38,050 nucleotides of DNA from Bacteroidales bacterium UBA1179 (GCA_002309915.1 DBYT01000131.1:281-38330); one strand, 5' to 3'. Positions 10,305 to 18,004 are shown, numbered from the stretch's first letter. A program made the numbers and translations. Notes: generated from the sequence alone by a model not told the origin.

Positions 10305-10325
10305 TATAATCAAATTTGAAATGTT

Positions 10326-11507
10326 ATGGTAAGGAATCTTAGTGATAAGGTAAAGTATATCGGAGTTGATGACCTGGATCTGGATCTTTTTGAGAGTCAG
10401 TACATTGTTCCTGAGGGAATGGCGTACAACTCTTACGTAATCCTAGATGATAAGGTGGCTGTTCTTGATACGGCCGATGCCCGCAAGGCCGATGATTGGA
10501 AGGCTAACCTCAAGGAGGCTCTCGGCAGCCGCCAGCCCGATTACCTTGTCGTTCATCATATGGAGCCGGACCACTCGGCCCTGATTGCTTGGGCTCTTGA
10601 CGAGTTCCCCGCTCTTACCCTTGTGGCCAGCGCCAAGGCTATCCAGATGCTGGAGCAGTTCTTTGAGGGTATTCAGATTGAGGGACGCACTCTTGCGGTC
10701 AAGGAGGGTTCGGAACTTGAACTGGGTGAACATAAACTCCGTTTTATCGGTGCTCCCATGGTTCACTGGCCTGAGGTTATGGTCTCTTTTGATGAGGCCG
10801 ACGGTGCTCTTTACAGTGCCGATGCATTCGGCAAGTTCGGTGCCCTGGGCAAGTGCGGATTCTATGGACGCGATGATGATGACTGGAGTTGCGAGGCCCG
10901 CCGCTACTACTTCAATATAGTAGGTAAGTACGGCACTCCGGTACGTACCCTGCTGGGCAAGACTGCACAACTTGCAATCAAGACCATTCGCCCGCTTCAC
11001 GGTCCTATCCTTGAGGATAATCTCCAGGAGTATCTTAACCTTTATAATATATGGAGCAACTACGCTGTTGAGACCCCGGGCATTTTCATTGCCTGCGCTT
11101 CAATTCACGGCGGCACTTTGGCTGCGGCTGAGAAACTGGCTGAGATTCTGCGTGCCAAGGGGGCAGAGCGTGTGGTTGTAAGTGACCTTTGCCGCTCGGA
11201 TTTTGCCGAGAACGTGGAGGATGCTTTCCGGCATTCCACTCTGGTGGTTGCAGCATCATCTTATGATGCAGGCGTATTCACTCCCATGTATGAGTTTTTG
11301 CATCGGCTCCAGATCAAGGGGTTCTGCAATCGCAAGGTGGGTATTGTGGAGAACGGGTCGTGGGCTCCTTCGGCCGGCCGTGTCATGAAGGAGATGCTCT
11401 CCGCAATGAACGGCATTGAGATTGTAGAGCCTATGGTTACAATCAAGAGCCGCATGAAGGAATCGGATATTCCCTCTCTTGATTCTTTAGCTTCAGCTCT
11501 TTTATAA
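10326..11507 (+). CDS. Flavodiiron protein (FprA-type A-type flavoprotein: metallo-beta-lactamase-like diiron domain plus flavodoxin-like domain)
   Basis: 393 aa. Diiron ligand motifs HHMEPDH, PMVHWPE, YSADAFG and RPLHGPI. C-terminal flavodoxin-like domain (IFIACASIHGGT...). Divergent from rubredoxin, its usual redox partner. Confidence 0.85.
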   Translation: MVRNLSDKVKYIGVDDLDLDLFESQYIVPEGMAYNSYVILDDKVAVLDTADARKADDWKANLKEALGSRQPDYLVVHHMEPDHSALIAWALDEFPALTLVASAKAIQMLEQFFEGIQIEGRTLAVKEGSELELGEHKLRFIGAPMVHWPEVMVSFDEADGALYSADAFGKFGALGKCGFYGRDDDDWSCEARRYYFNIVGKYGTPVRTLLGKTAQLAIKTIRPLHGPILEDNLQEYLNLYNIWSNYAVETPGIFIACASIHGGTLAAAEKLAEILRAKGAERVVVSDLCRSDFAENVEDAFRHSTLVVAASSYDAGVFTPMYEFLHRLQIKGFCNRKVGIVENGSWAPSAGRVMKEMLSAMNGIEIVEPMVTIKSRMKESDIPSLDSLASALL

Positions 11508-11533
11508 GGGGGGAACTTAAGTTCCGCTTGAAT

Positions 11534-11559
11534 GGCAGCCTTCTGGGGCTGCTTTTTTT
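11534..11559 (+). terminator. Rho-independent terminator
   Basis: GCAGCC (11535-11540) pairs with GGCTGC (11547-11552), followed by T7. Confidence 0.65.
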
Positions 11560-11576
11560 GTTTAAATTGGGAATCG

Positions 11577-11591
11577 ACTATATTTTATAGT
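11577..11591. promoter_or_regulatory. Palindrome ACTAT-N5-ATAGT (site 1), candidate BlaI-family operator
   Basis: ACTATATTTTATAGT is a perfect dyad, upstream of the blaI-like promoter. Confidence 0.45.
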
Positions 11592-11613
11592 TAAATTTTG
11601 GGGTTTTGTGATT

Positions 11614-11632
11614 CAACTATAAAAAATAGTTG
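11614..11632. promoter_or_regulatory. Palindrome CAACTAT-N5-ATAGTTG (site 2), candidate BlaI-family operator
   Basis: Perfect 7+7 dyad with the same ACTAT-N5-ATAGT core as site 1. It abuts the -7 box at 11633. Confidence 0.5.
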
Positions 11633-11640
11633 TATATTTG
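11633..11640 (+). promoter_or_regulatory. Candidate -7 box (TATATTTG) for the blaI-blaR1-like operon
   Basis: Exact TAnnTTTG match 43 nt upstream of the ATG at 11683. Confidence 0.45.
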
Positions 11641-11667
11641 CCGCAGAGTTAGTTCTGAAATGAATGC

Positions 11668-11681
11668 AAAACTATAGTTTT
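11668..11681. promoter_or_regulatory. Palindrome AAAACTATAGTTTT (site 3) in the 5' leader
   Basis: Perfect 14-nt palindrome sharing the ACTAT/ATAGT core, ending 1 nt before the start codon. Confidence 0.35.
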
Positions 11682-11682
11682 T

Positions 11683-12042
11683 ATGAAGAGATTAAGTAAG
11701 AAGGAAGAAGACATCATGGAGCTGTTTTGGCAGAACGGTGACATGACTGTCAGTGAGCTCAGGGAGCATATGCCGGATCCCAAGCCTCACGTCAACACCA
11801 TCTCCACTCAGGTCCGTCTGCTGGAGTCGAACGGGTTCCTGGGACACAACAAAGAGGGGATGGGTTACAGGTATCACGCTGAGATAAGCCGTGATGAGTA
11901 CAGTAACAGTTCAATAGGACGTATAGTGTCGCGCTGCTTTGAGAACTCGTATGTCGATGCGGTGTCGGCCCTGGTCAAGAATGACAAGATAAGCGTCGAC
12001 GAACTTGAGGAACTTATCAGGCGCATAAAAGAGGAGGGATGA
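11683..12042 (+). CDS. BlaI/MecI/CopY-family transcriptional repressor
   Basis: 119 aa. Winged-helix N-terminus typical of the family (EEDIMELFWQNGDMTVSEL...NTISTQVRLLESNGFL). Immediately upstream of an M56 protease gene. Confidence 0.88.
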   Translation: MKRLSKKEEDIMELFWQNGDMTVSELREHMPDPKPHVNTISTQVRLLESNGFLGHNKEGMGYRYHAEISRDEYSNSSIGRIVSRCFENSYVDAVSALVKNDKISVDELEELIRRIKEEG

Positions 12043-12094
12043 CAACCTCCCGGAGATAAATAGGACCTTTTGCTGAATAAATAGAATTATATAA

Positions 12095-14878
12095 ATGGAG
12101 GCATTGTTATTATATCAAGTCAAAGTGGCAGTACTTGTGGCCGTATTGTTCGGCGCTTACCGTCTGCTGCTGGGACGTGAAACGTTCCACCGTTTTAACC
12201 GGTCGGTACTGATAACCATTGCTCTTCTCTCCTTTGTTTTGCCCTTTTTCCATATTACAAGACAGGCCAAGCAGCAGCCGCAATTCCCACCTGAAGCTGC
12301 TGTGGAGACGCAGTTGGAGGCCGATGCCGTCGTAAGCGCCCAAAAGCCGCTGCGTGTCAATCCCGTAGCCATCCTGCTGGTTATGTACGGAGTTGGTGTT
12401 GTATTTGTGCTTGTCAGGAAGGGGGTGTCGGTAATAGCCGTTTCACGTATCATACGCAAGGGTAGGTATGCTGACCGCACCCAGGGCGTTGACGTGATAG
12501 AGTCCGACCAGATTCCCGGACCGCTCAACTGGATGCGGTACGTGGTTATGCCGCGCGAGTGGCTGGAGAAAGAGAATGCATCTGTGTGGAAGCATGAGAA
12601 CCTTCATGCCCACCGATGGCATTCGCTGGACCTGCTCATGGCCGATGTTATGACTGCATTCCAATGGTTCAATCCCGTAATGATCCTGCTGCGTAAGGAG
12701 TTTGAACTCATACACGAGTATGAGGCAGACCAGGCTGTGATTGAGAGCGGAGCCAATGCAAAGGAGTACAAACTGATGCTGGTAAATGCCGTAGCCGCAA
12801 GTCGCGGACTGGCTATGACCAGCTGGCTCAAGCAATCCAACCTTAAAAAACGTATAGATATGATGGACAAGAAACAATCAAACGGATGGAGCAGGCTCAG
12901 AGTCCTGTTCATCCCCGCAATCGCGTATCTCTTCCTGTTTGCGACTGCAAATGTAACCGTGGCCAATGCTCAGGACAACACGTTCCGCTGGCCGGTATTT
13001 GAGGACGGCAAGACCTGGATTTTCCAGGACGGCAGTGCCAAGGTCCGTACTTTTGACGGCGTTACCGCTAATATGAAGGCCAGTGAGGTGGCCGGGTATC
13101 TTAAGAACTATGAGGGATTCAAGACCACCCGCATGACCCTTATGTTTGAGTATCCCATTGAGAGCCTGGCCGATGTTCAGCCCTACGCCGAGCAGCTTAA
13201 CGCGGTGGGTATCAAGACATCGGTGGCTACCAATGAGGAGATGCTGGAGCGTATGACTATGCCGGAATTCCGTGTGGCCAGAGTTTATGATGAGGGTAGG
13301 GGCAAGTACCGCTTTGAGCTTATCTGCAACTCGCACGATGACCGCCTGTTGCATTATATGAGAGGTGGCAGTCATAAGTACAAGTATAAGGATATCTCAA
13401 TAACAGGCGACAAGGCCCTGATGCTTAAGTGGATTGATATGTTTGACGGACACGGACTGGCTATCTATCCCAAGTCAAGCATGCCCACCGCTGATATGGA
13501 GCAGATGGCACAGGCTGCCTGGTCACGCGGTATTGAGCAGGTATCGGCCGTAATTGACGGCGAGAGTGACATGGAGGGCCTTAAACTGTACACTCTGGTT
13601 CCCAAGGAGGGTCTGCTGTCAAAGAAATTCCCCGGTGTGAATGCCTATGAGGCTATCCGTAAGTATAACGCCAGCCGATCATCGGACTATTTTGACAAGG
13701 GCGTGCACATTAAGAGCCCCAGGTCTTTCTATAATGCCGGTTCCAGTTTCCTGAATATTACCGATGTGGTCCGTACACCCGATGAGCTGATACTCATATT
13801 CAAGTCTGTCCAGTACACGGACCTCTGGATCATGCCTGGCGATGACTGGATGATTGATGTTGACGGGCAGAAATACAAGTCCTCCAAGTACGAGGGTCTG
13901 AATGATATGATAGGCATCCACTACTGGAGCCCCGATAACGGTTATTACATTTCATCGGTCCATTTTGACGTGGCTATCCCCGATGACGTAAAGACCGTTG
14001 ACCTGCTGGATGAGGACAGCGAGGCGATATCGGGATTGCAGATATCGGAAACTCCCGTTGACTATGACAATATCAGAGTGGTTCATGAAAACAGCAGATT
14101 TGTACTCAAGACCACCCACAGGGAGAAAGATGCCGAACGTGATTATGTGTCTGTACACAGGATTGATTTTTCGGCCGATGAGACCAAGGTTTATGCATCA
14201 ATGGCCATTGCTCAGTCTCACGCTTTCCCCGGACATCTGGGAAGTGACATCACCCTTACGCTCTCCGACGGCACTGTCCTGAATGCTGTAAAGGTGTTGG
14301 GTGTGCCCACCGATCAGGATTTTGACCGTCACGGTGACTTTGTGCAGACCGGTTTCAAGGTGATTTTCCCGCCCATAAGCCAGGAGGATTGGGAGAAGGG
14401 TGTCAATATCTTCAGGGCTACTGTATGCCACGAGCCGGTAAGTATTGAGCTGAACAGGCCGCGTCCTGCAGGTCCGACGGTGACTTTAACCGATGAGATT
14501 GCCGCAGGTGAATATCACGCAGAGATTGCAAAGTTTGAGTTTGCGGATGATGGTGCCGGAGCAAACAGGACAGAATCAAATACCGTTGATAAGGTGGTAT
14601 TTGACAGCAAGGGCAAGATGATATTGTCCGGCAGCAAGTCAACCATACTGCCCGACGGCAAATACACAATGAACTGGATTAAGCCAGACAAGGAGAAGAA
14701 TCCTCGTGATGAGGGGCTTGTGGCCGAAGGCTTGAACAAACTTGAGTTAAAGGGCCGCAAGGTCAAGATGGAGTTCATGGCTGAACTGGTAAAACAGGGT
14801 GATGAGATCAAGCAGTACATACTGGTTGAAGAGAATGATAAAGGTGCAACTGTGATGTACATCTATCCTAACAAATAA
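12095..14878 (+). CDS. BlaR1/M56-family membrane metalloprotease with a long uncharacterised C-terminal ectodomain
   Basis: 927 aa. N-terminal TM helices and the family motif GRETFHRFNR. Zinc motif HENLH at 12593-12607, then EYEAD. Last TM is IPAIAYLFLFATANV, followed by ~635 aa with no motif I recognise. Confidence 0.85.
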   Translation: MEALLLYQVKVAVLVAVLFGAYRLLLGRETFHRFNRSVLITIALLSFVLPFFHITRQAKQQPQFPPEAAVETQLEADAVVSAQKPLRVNPVAILLVMYGVGVVFVLVRKGVSVIAVSRIIRKGRYADRTQGVDVIESDQIPGPLNWMRYVVMPREWLEKENASVWKHENLHAHRWHSLDLLMADVMTAFQWFNPVMILLRKEFELIHEYEADQAVIESGANAKEYKLMLVNAVAASRGLAMTSWLKQSNLKKRIDMMDKKQSNGWSRLRVLFIPAIAYLFLFATANVTVANAQDNTFRWPVFEDGKTWIFQDGSAKVRTFDGVTANMKASEVAGYLKNYEGFKTTRMTLMFEYPIESLADVQPYAEQLNAVGIKTSVATNEEMLERMTMPEFRVARVYDEGRGKYRFELICNSHDDRLLHYMRGGSHKYKYKDISITGDKALMLKWIDMFDGHGLAIYPKSSMPTADMEQMAQAAWSRGIEQVSAVIDGESDMEGLKLYTLVPKEGLLSKKFPGVNAYEAIRKYNASRSSDYFDKGVHIKSPRSFYNAGSSFLNITDVVRTPDELILIFKSVQYTDLWIMPGDDWMIDVDGQKYKSSKYEGLNDMIGIHYWSPDNGYYISSVHFDVAIPDDVKTVDLLDEDSEAISGLQISETPVDYDNIRVVHENSRFVLKTTHREKDAERDYVSVHRIDFSADETKVYASMAIAQSHAFPGHLGSDITLTLSDGTVLNAVKVLGVPTDQDFDRHGDFVQTGFKVIFPPISQEDWEKGVNIFRATVCHEPVSIELNRPRPAGPTVTLTDEIAAGEYHAEIAKFEFADDGAGANRTESNTVDKVVFDSKGKMILSGSKSTILPDGKYTMNWIKPDKEKNPRDEGLVAEGLNKLELKGRKVKMEFMAELVKQGDEIKQYILVEENDKGATVMYIYPNK

Positions 14879-14894
14879 TCTCTCCTGGATTGCA

Positions 14895-14936
14895 AAAGAA
14901 ATGCCACAACCCGTCAGGGCTGCGGCATTTCTTTTT
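14895..14936. terminator. Bidirectional terminator hairpin between convergent genes
   Basis: AAAGAAATGCC (14895-14905) pairs with GGCATTTCTTT (14924-14934). A/T runs on both sides. Confidence 0.6.
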
Positions 14937-14950
14937 GCCACTATAATGTG

Positions 14951-16000
14951 TTATTTCTTTACCTTGGCGCGTTGGGCGTTCAGGAAGTCGGTCATTTTCT
15001 TGAGGTTCTCCTCGGTGTACATTGCTGCACCGCCGTGGCTGCCCTCGGGTACGCGTACGATGTAGCTCTCAACGCCTGCCTCCTGCATTTTGTCATACAG
15101 ATACTGGCTTACGCATGAAGCAACTACGGGGTCTGAATCACCGTGGAACATGTAACCGGCAACATCGTCCTTATCCAGGAAACCTGATGCGCTCAGAAGC
15201 ATGAACTTGTCCTCATTGCCCTCCTTGGGTGCGCCGATGAGGTTCTCCTCGGGGGTCTGTCCGGGGCCACCGAATATCATAGCGTTACCGCAGTCCATAT
15301 GGAGCAGTTCAGTGGGACCTGACCAGTCGCAGAATGCGTTTACGTAACTTGACTCCTTGGTGTAGGGGCCTACGTTACCCTCGATATCGTACTCGGCTGT
15401 GCCGTACTTACCGATCTTTACGTTGTTTGACAGAGCGGTAACGGCACTCAGGTGACCGCCTGATGAGAAACCTGAAGTTGCGATGAATGAAGTATCGAAC
15501 TTGTACTTGTCGGCGTTAGCGCGGATAAAGCGGATAACAGCCTTGATATCGTTAACCTGAGCAGGCCACTTGGCGTCGGAGATTGAACGGTGGTTCGGGC
15601 AAACCACTGCATAACCGGCATTGAGCAGAGCCTGACCGATTGTGTTAATATCGGCCATACCCTTTGAACTGTTGCTTCCCCATGCGCTGCCGTAGATGTG
15701 TACAACTACAGGGTATTTATCCTTAACTTCCTTGGGGAGATAGATGTCGAGCATGTGATAAACCTGACCGTCATCACCGGCGTAGTTGATATCGGTGAAT
15801 TTCTCGGAGCACTCAACCTGGGCACCGCCCTGAGGACCGCCGAATCCGCCGAAACCGCCGAATCCGCCACCACCCATAGGAGGCATACCGCCGCCGAAAC
15901 CGCCCTGAGGCATACCACCACCGAAACCTCCGCCCGGGAACTGGGCAAAACATGTGAGCGACATCATAACAGCCGCTGCGAGAAGAATTTTCTTTTTCAT
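14951..16000 (-). CDS. Secreted alpha/beta-hydrolase (esterase/lipase-type) with an N-terminal Gly/Phe-rich low-complexity segment
   Basis: 349 aa. Signal peptide MKKKILLAAAVMMSLTCFAQ. Nucleophile elbow GFSSGGH. Oxyanion-like HIYGSAWG. Acid HGDSDPVV. His in EGSHGG. Confidence 0.8.
   Translation of the reverse strand: MKKKILLAAAVMMSLTCFAQFPGGGFGGGMPQGGFGGGMPPMGGGGFGGFGGFGGPQGGAQVECSEKFTDINYAGDDGQVYHMLDIYLPKEVKDKYPVVVHIYGSAWGSNSSKGMADINTIGQALLNAGYAVVCPNHRSISDAKWPAQVNDIKAVIRFIRANADKYKFDTSFIATSGFSSGGHLSAVTALSNNVKIGKYGTAEYDIEGNVGPYTKESSYVNAFCDWSGPTELLHMDCGNAMIFGGPGQTPEENLIGAPKEGNEDKFMLLSASGFLDKDDVAGYMFHGDSDPVVASCVSQYLYDKMQEAGVESYIVRVPEGSHGGAAMYTEENLKKMTDFLNAQRAKVKK
15824..15940 (-). repeat. Low-complexity coding repeat (GGFGG/GGGMP units) within the esterase gene
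   Basis: Encodes FPGGGFGGGMPQGGFGGGMPPMGGGGFGGFGGFGGPQGG. The plus-strand DNA shows reiterated CCGCCGAAACC-type units. Confidence 0.7.
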
Positions 16001-16054
16001 ATTATTGATGTAATTAAGAAGTAATATTCTTTATCTAATACCTTACAAGGCACG

Positions 16055-16062
16055 CAAAGTTA
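16055..16062 (-). promoter_or_regulatory. Candidate -7 box (TAACTTTG on the minus strand) upstream of the esterase gene
   Basis: The reverse complement of CAAAGTTA matches TAnnTTTG, 55 nt upstream of the ATG at 16000. Confidence 0.4.
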
Positions 16063-16072
16063 AATATTTTTT

Positions 16073-16552
16073 TCAGAATACGATGTAGTAGGCCATTGTA
16101 ACGGAGGCTATCAGTTTCAGGCCTGTTCCCACCAGAAATCCTGCAAATGTGCCCAGTGAGGCCTTGAGTGCATCGGTCGCAGACTTGTTCTCCTGGAACA
16201 TCTCGGCCAGGAATGCGCCTGCAAGACTGCACGGTATCATACCTATGGGTGTTAGGAAAATACCTATTATCATGCCTATCAGGGCACCCTGGCTTCCGGC
16301 TTTGGAGCCTCCGGCCAGTTTGGTGAATCTGGCGGGTACGGTGTAATCCAGAATGGATACGATGACGGTCACTCCCAGCCAGATAAGGACAAAGGTGAGG
16401 GTCATATCGGCCCCGCCCAGTTTGTGGCTGAGGAATGCCAGCAGCAGGCCGACCCAACTCAAAGGAGGTCCGGGAAGCCCCGGAATGATGCTGCCGATAA
16501 TGCCGATAACGGCCAGAATGACGGCAAGAACAATCAGTATGGTTGAAGTCAT
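16073..16552 (-). CDS. DUF456-family small membrane protein
   Basis: 159 aa and almost entirely hydrophobic. The N-terminal pattern IIGSIIPGLPGPPLSWVGLLL and a Gly-rich C-terminal half are typical of DUF456/YqgC-like proteins, from my memory of the family. Confidence 0.7.
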   Translation of the reverse strand: MTSTILIVLAVILAVIGIIGSIIPGLPGPPLSWVGLLLAFLSHKLGGADMTLTFVLIWLGVTVIVSILDYTVPARFTKLAGGSKAGSQGALIGMIIGIFLTPIGMIPCSLAGAFLAEMFQENKSATDALKASLGTFAGFLVGTGLKLIASVTMAYYIVF

Positions 16553-16592
16553 AGTTTGCGCGTTTGGGGGCTAAAGGTAGCAATTATTTCAC

Positions 16593-16600
16593 TACTTTTG
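16593..16600 (+). promoter_or_regulatory. Candidate -7 box (TACTTTTG) immediately before the DUF3109 start
   Basis: Exact TAnnTTTG match whose last G lies 4 nt before the ATG at 16605. Confidence 0.4.
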
Positions 16601-16604
16601 CGCG

Positions 16605-17186
16605 ATGGTTCAGATTCAGGATACGATAGTTTCCCTTGATGTCATTACCAAGGAGTTCTGCTGTGACTTAAAAAAGTGTCACGGAGCATGCTGTATCGAA
16701 GGTGATGCCGGTGCGCCCGTCACTCCGGAGGAGATAGCGCAGATTGAGGAACTCCTGCCTGTCATAAGGGATATGTTATCGGCCGATGCCCTCAAGGCTA
16801 TTGAGGAGAAGGGCATTGCCTATCCCGATCCTGAGGGAGAACTGGTAACGCAGATAGTGAACGGCAAAGACTGCGTCTTTACCTGCTACGATGAGACGGG
16901 TTGCTGCTACTGCGCCATTGAGAAGGCTTACCGTGAGGGAAAGGTGAGTTTCATGAAGCCGGTATCGTGCCACCTGTATCCTATCCGCGTCAAGAAAATC
17001 GGCCCCTACTGGGGACTGAACTATGACCGCTGGGATGTATGCCAGGCTGCTGCCATCAAAGGACACCGTGAACATATTCCGGTTTACAAATGCCTTAAGG
17101 AACCGCTTATACGCCGATTCGGACAGGAGTGGTATGATGAGCTGGAACTTACGGTGGGTGAAATGAAGAAACAGAACATTATATGA
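16605..17186 (+). CDS. DUF3109-family Cys-rich protein
   Basis: 193 aa. N-terminal FCCDLKKCHGACCIEGDAGAP and the central CVFTCYDETGCCYCAIE cysteine clusters match my memory of the Bacteroidota DUF3109 family. Confidence 0.7.
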   Translation: MVQIQDTIVSLDVITKEFCCDLKKCHGACCIEGDAGAPVTPEEIAQIEELLPVIRDMLSADALKAIEEKGIAYPDPEGELVTQIVNGKDCVFTCYDETGCCYCAIEKAYREGKVSFMKPVSCHLYPIRVKKIGPYWGLNYDRWDVCQAAAIKGHREHIPVYKCLKEPLIRRFGQEWYDELELTVGEMKKQNII

Positions 17187-17953
17187 ATATGAATAGAAGA
17201 CGATTGGCCGTTTTGCTGGCTGTTTTATGCTCTCTGGTTATGATCTCATGCGGGAGCCGCTACAAGGAGAAACCGTTTGGTGGCTTGAACGGTCGTGTAC
17301 AGAAGGTTACTGTATATCAGCTTATGCCGGAGTTATGGCACGCCAATTTCGATGGCACCGATGTAATGAACATCAACACATCAATCTACGATGTCTACGG
17401 AAATGAGATATGCTCGGTCACGATGGACAGCGCCGGGCGTGTCCAGGTTGAAACGGAGAGCCTGTTCAAGGATGGTGTATGCATACGCAGTTCCCAGAAA
17501 TCGGGCGACAGGACTGTGGCTACCCTCAATCTTATGTCAAAGGATGGAGGCACACTTGTCTATAATAAGGAGATTAACGGCCGCATAACACGTATGAAGG
17601 TTAAGCAGAGCTCATTCCTGCGCCGCCATAAATCAGTGGTTTCCGAGAACGGCGCGGTTACCACGGTCAGCATCTATAAGACAGACCGTCAGGGCTATCC
17701 CGTAAAGATTACAATCACCGACTTACAAAAGGGTATCAAGACTGTTGAGACAAACAAGTTCGATGCCAATCATAACGTGGTGCAGAAAGACCTGTATACG
17801 GAGTATTTAGCCGATGGCATCCATGAGCAGAGATCAGTCATTACTGAATACGGAGATCTGGACGAACACGGTAACTGGAAGGACTGCCGCACATACAATG
17901 AGTTCCGGCTGCCTCTGGAGGTTCTGGTCAGGGAGATTGAATACTGGGAATAA
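17183..17953 (+). CDS. Hypothetical lipoprotein
   Basis: 256 aa. MNMNRRRLAVLLAVLCSLVMISC is a signal peptide plus lipobox, followed by the basic GSRYKEK. ATGA overlap with the DUF3109 stop. Confidence 0.7.
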   Translation: MNMNRRRLAVLLAVLCSLVMISCGSRYKEKPFGGLNGRVQKVTVYQLMPELWHANFDGTDVMNINTSIYDVYGNEICSVTMDSAGRVQVETESLFKDGVCIRSSQKSGDRTVATLNLMSKDGGTLVYNKEINGRITRMKVKQSSFLRRHKSVVSENGAVTTVSIYKTDRQGYPVKITITDLQKGIKTVETNKFDANHNVVQKDLYTEYLADGIHEQRSVITEYGDLDEHGNWKDCRTYNEFRLPLEVLVREIEYWE

Positions 17954-17974
17954 AGTTTCTGTATCACAAAATAT

Positions 17975-17999
17975 AAAAGGCGGGTTAACCGCCTTTTTT
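17975..17999. terminator. Bidirectional terminator hairpin
   Basis: AAAAGGCGG-GTTAA-CCGCCTTTTTT. It serves the plus-strand lipoprotein gene and the minus-strand tRNA. Confidence 0.6.
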
Positions 18000-18004
18000 A
18001 TTTG

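Noticed and set aside
10443-11000. Long antisense ORFs embedded in clear genes. Examples are 10443-11000(-) in the flavodiiron gene, 12878-13375(-) in the BlaR1-like gene, 16035-16583(-) over DUF456, 21012-21653(-) in rsmH, 26844-27410(-) in murD and 34382-34906(-) in ftsZ.
   Set aside because: Each lies fully inside a gene with strong family motifs on the other strand or frame. Their translations are low-complexity or Arg/Ser/Cys/His-rich with no recognisable motif. They are typical shadow ORFs.
11512-11525. The perfect 14-nt palindrome GGAACTTAAGTTCC just after the flavodiiron gene stop.
   Set aside because: It has no loop, so it is a poor hairpin. It is a single copy and is followed by a conventional terminator 9 nt later. 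There is no adjacent gene it could plausibly regulate.
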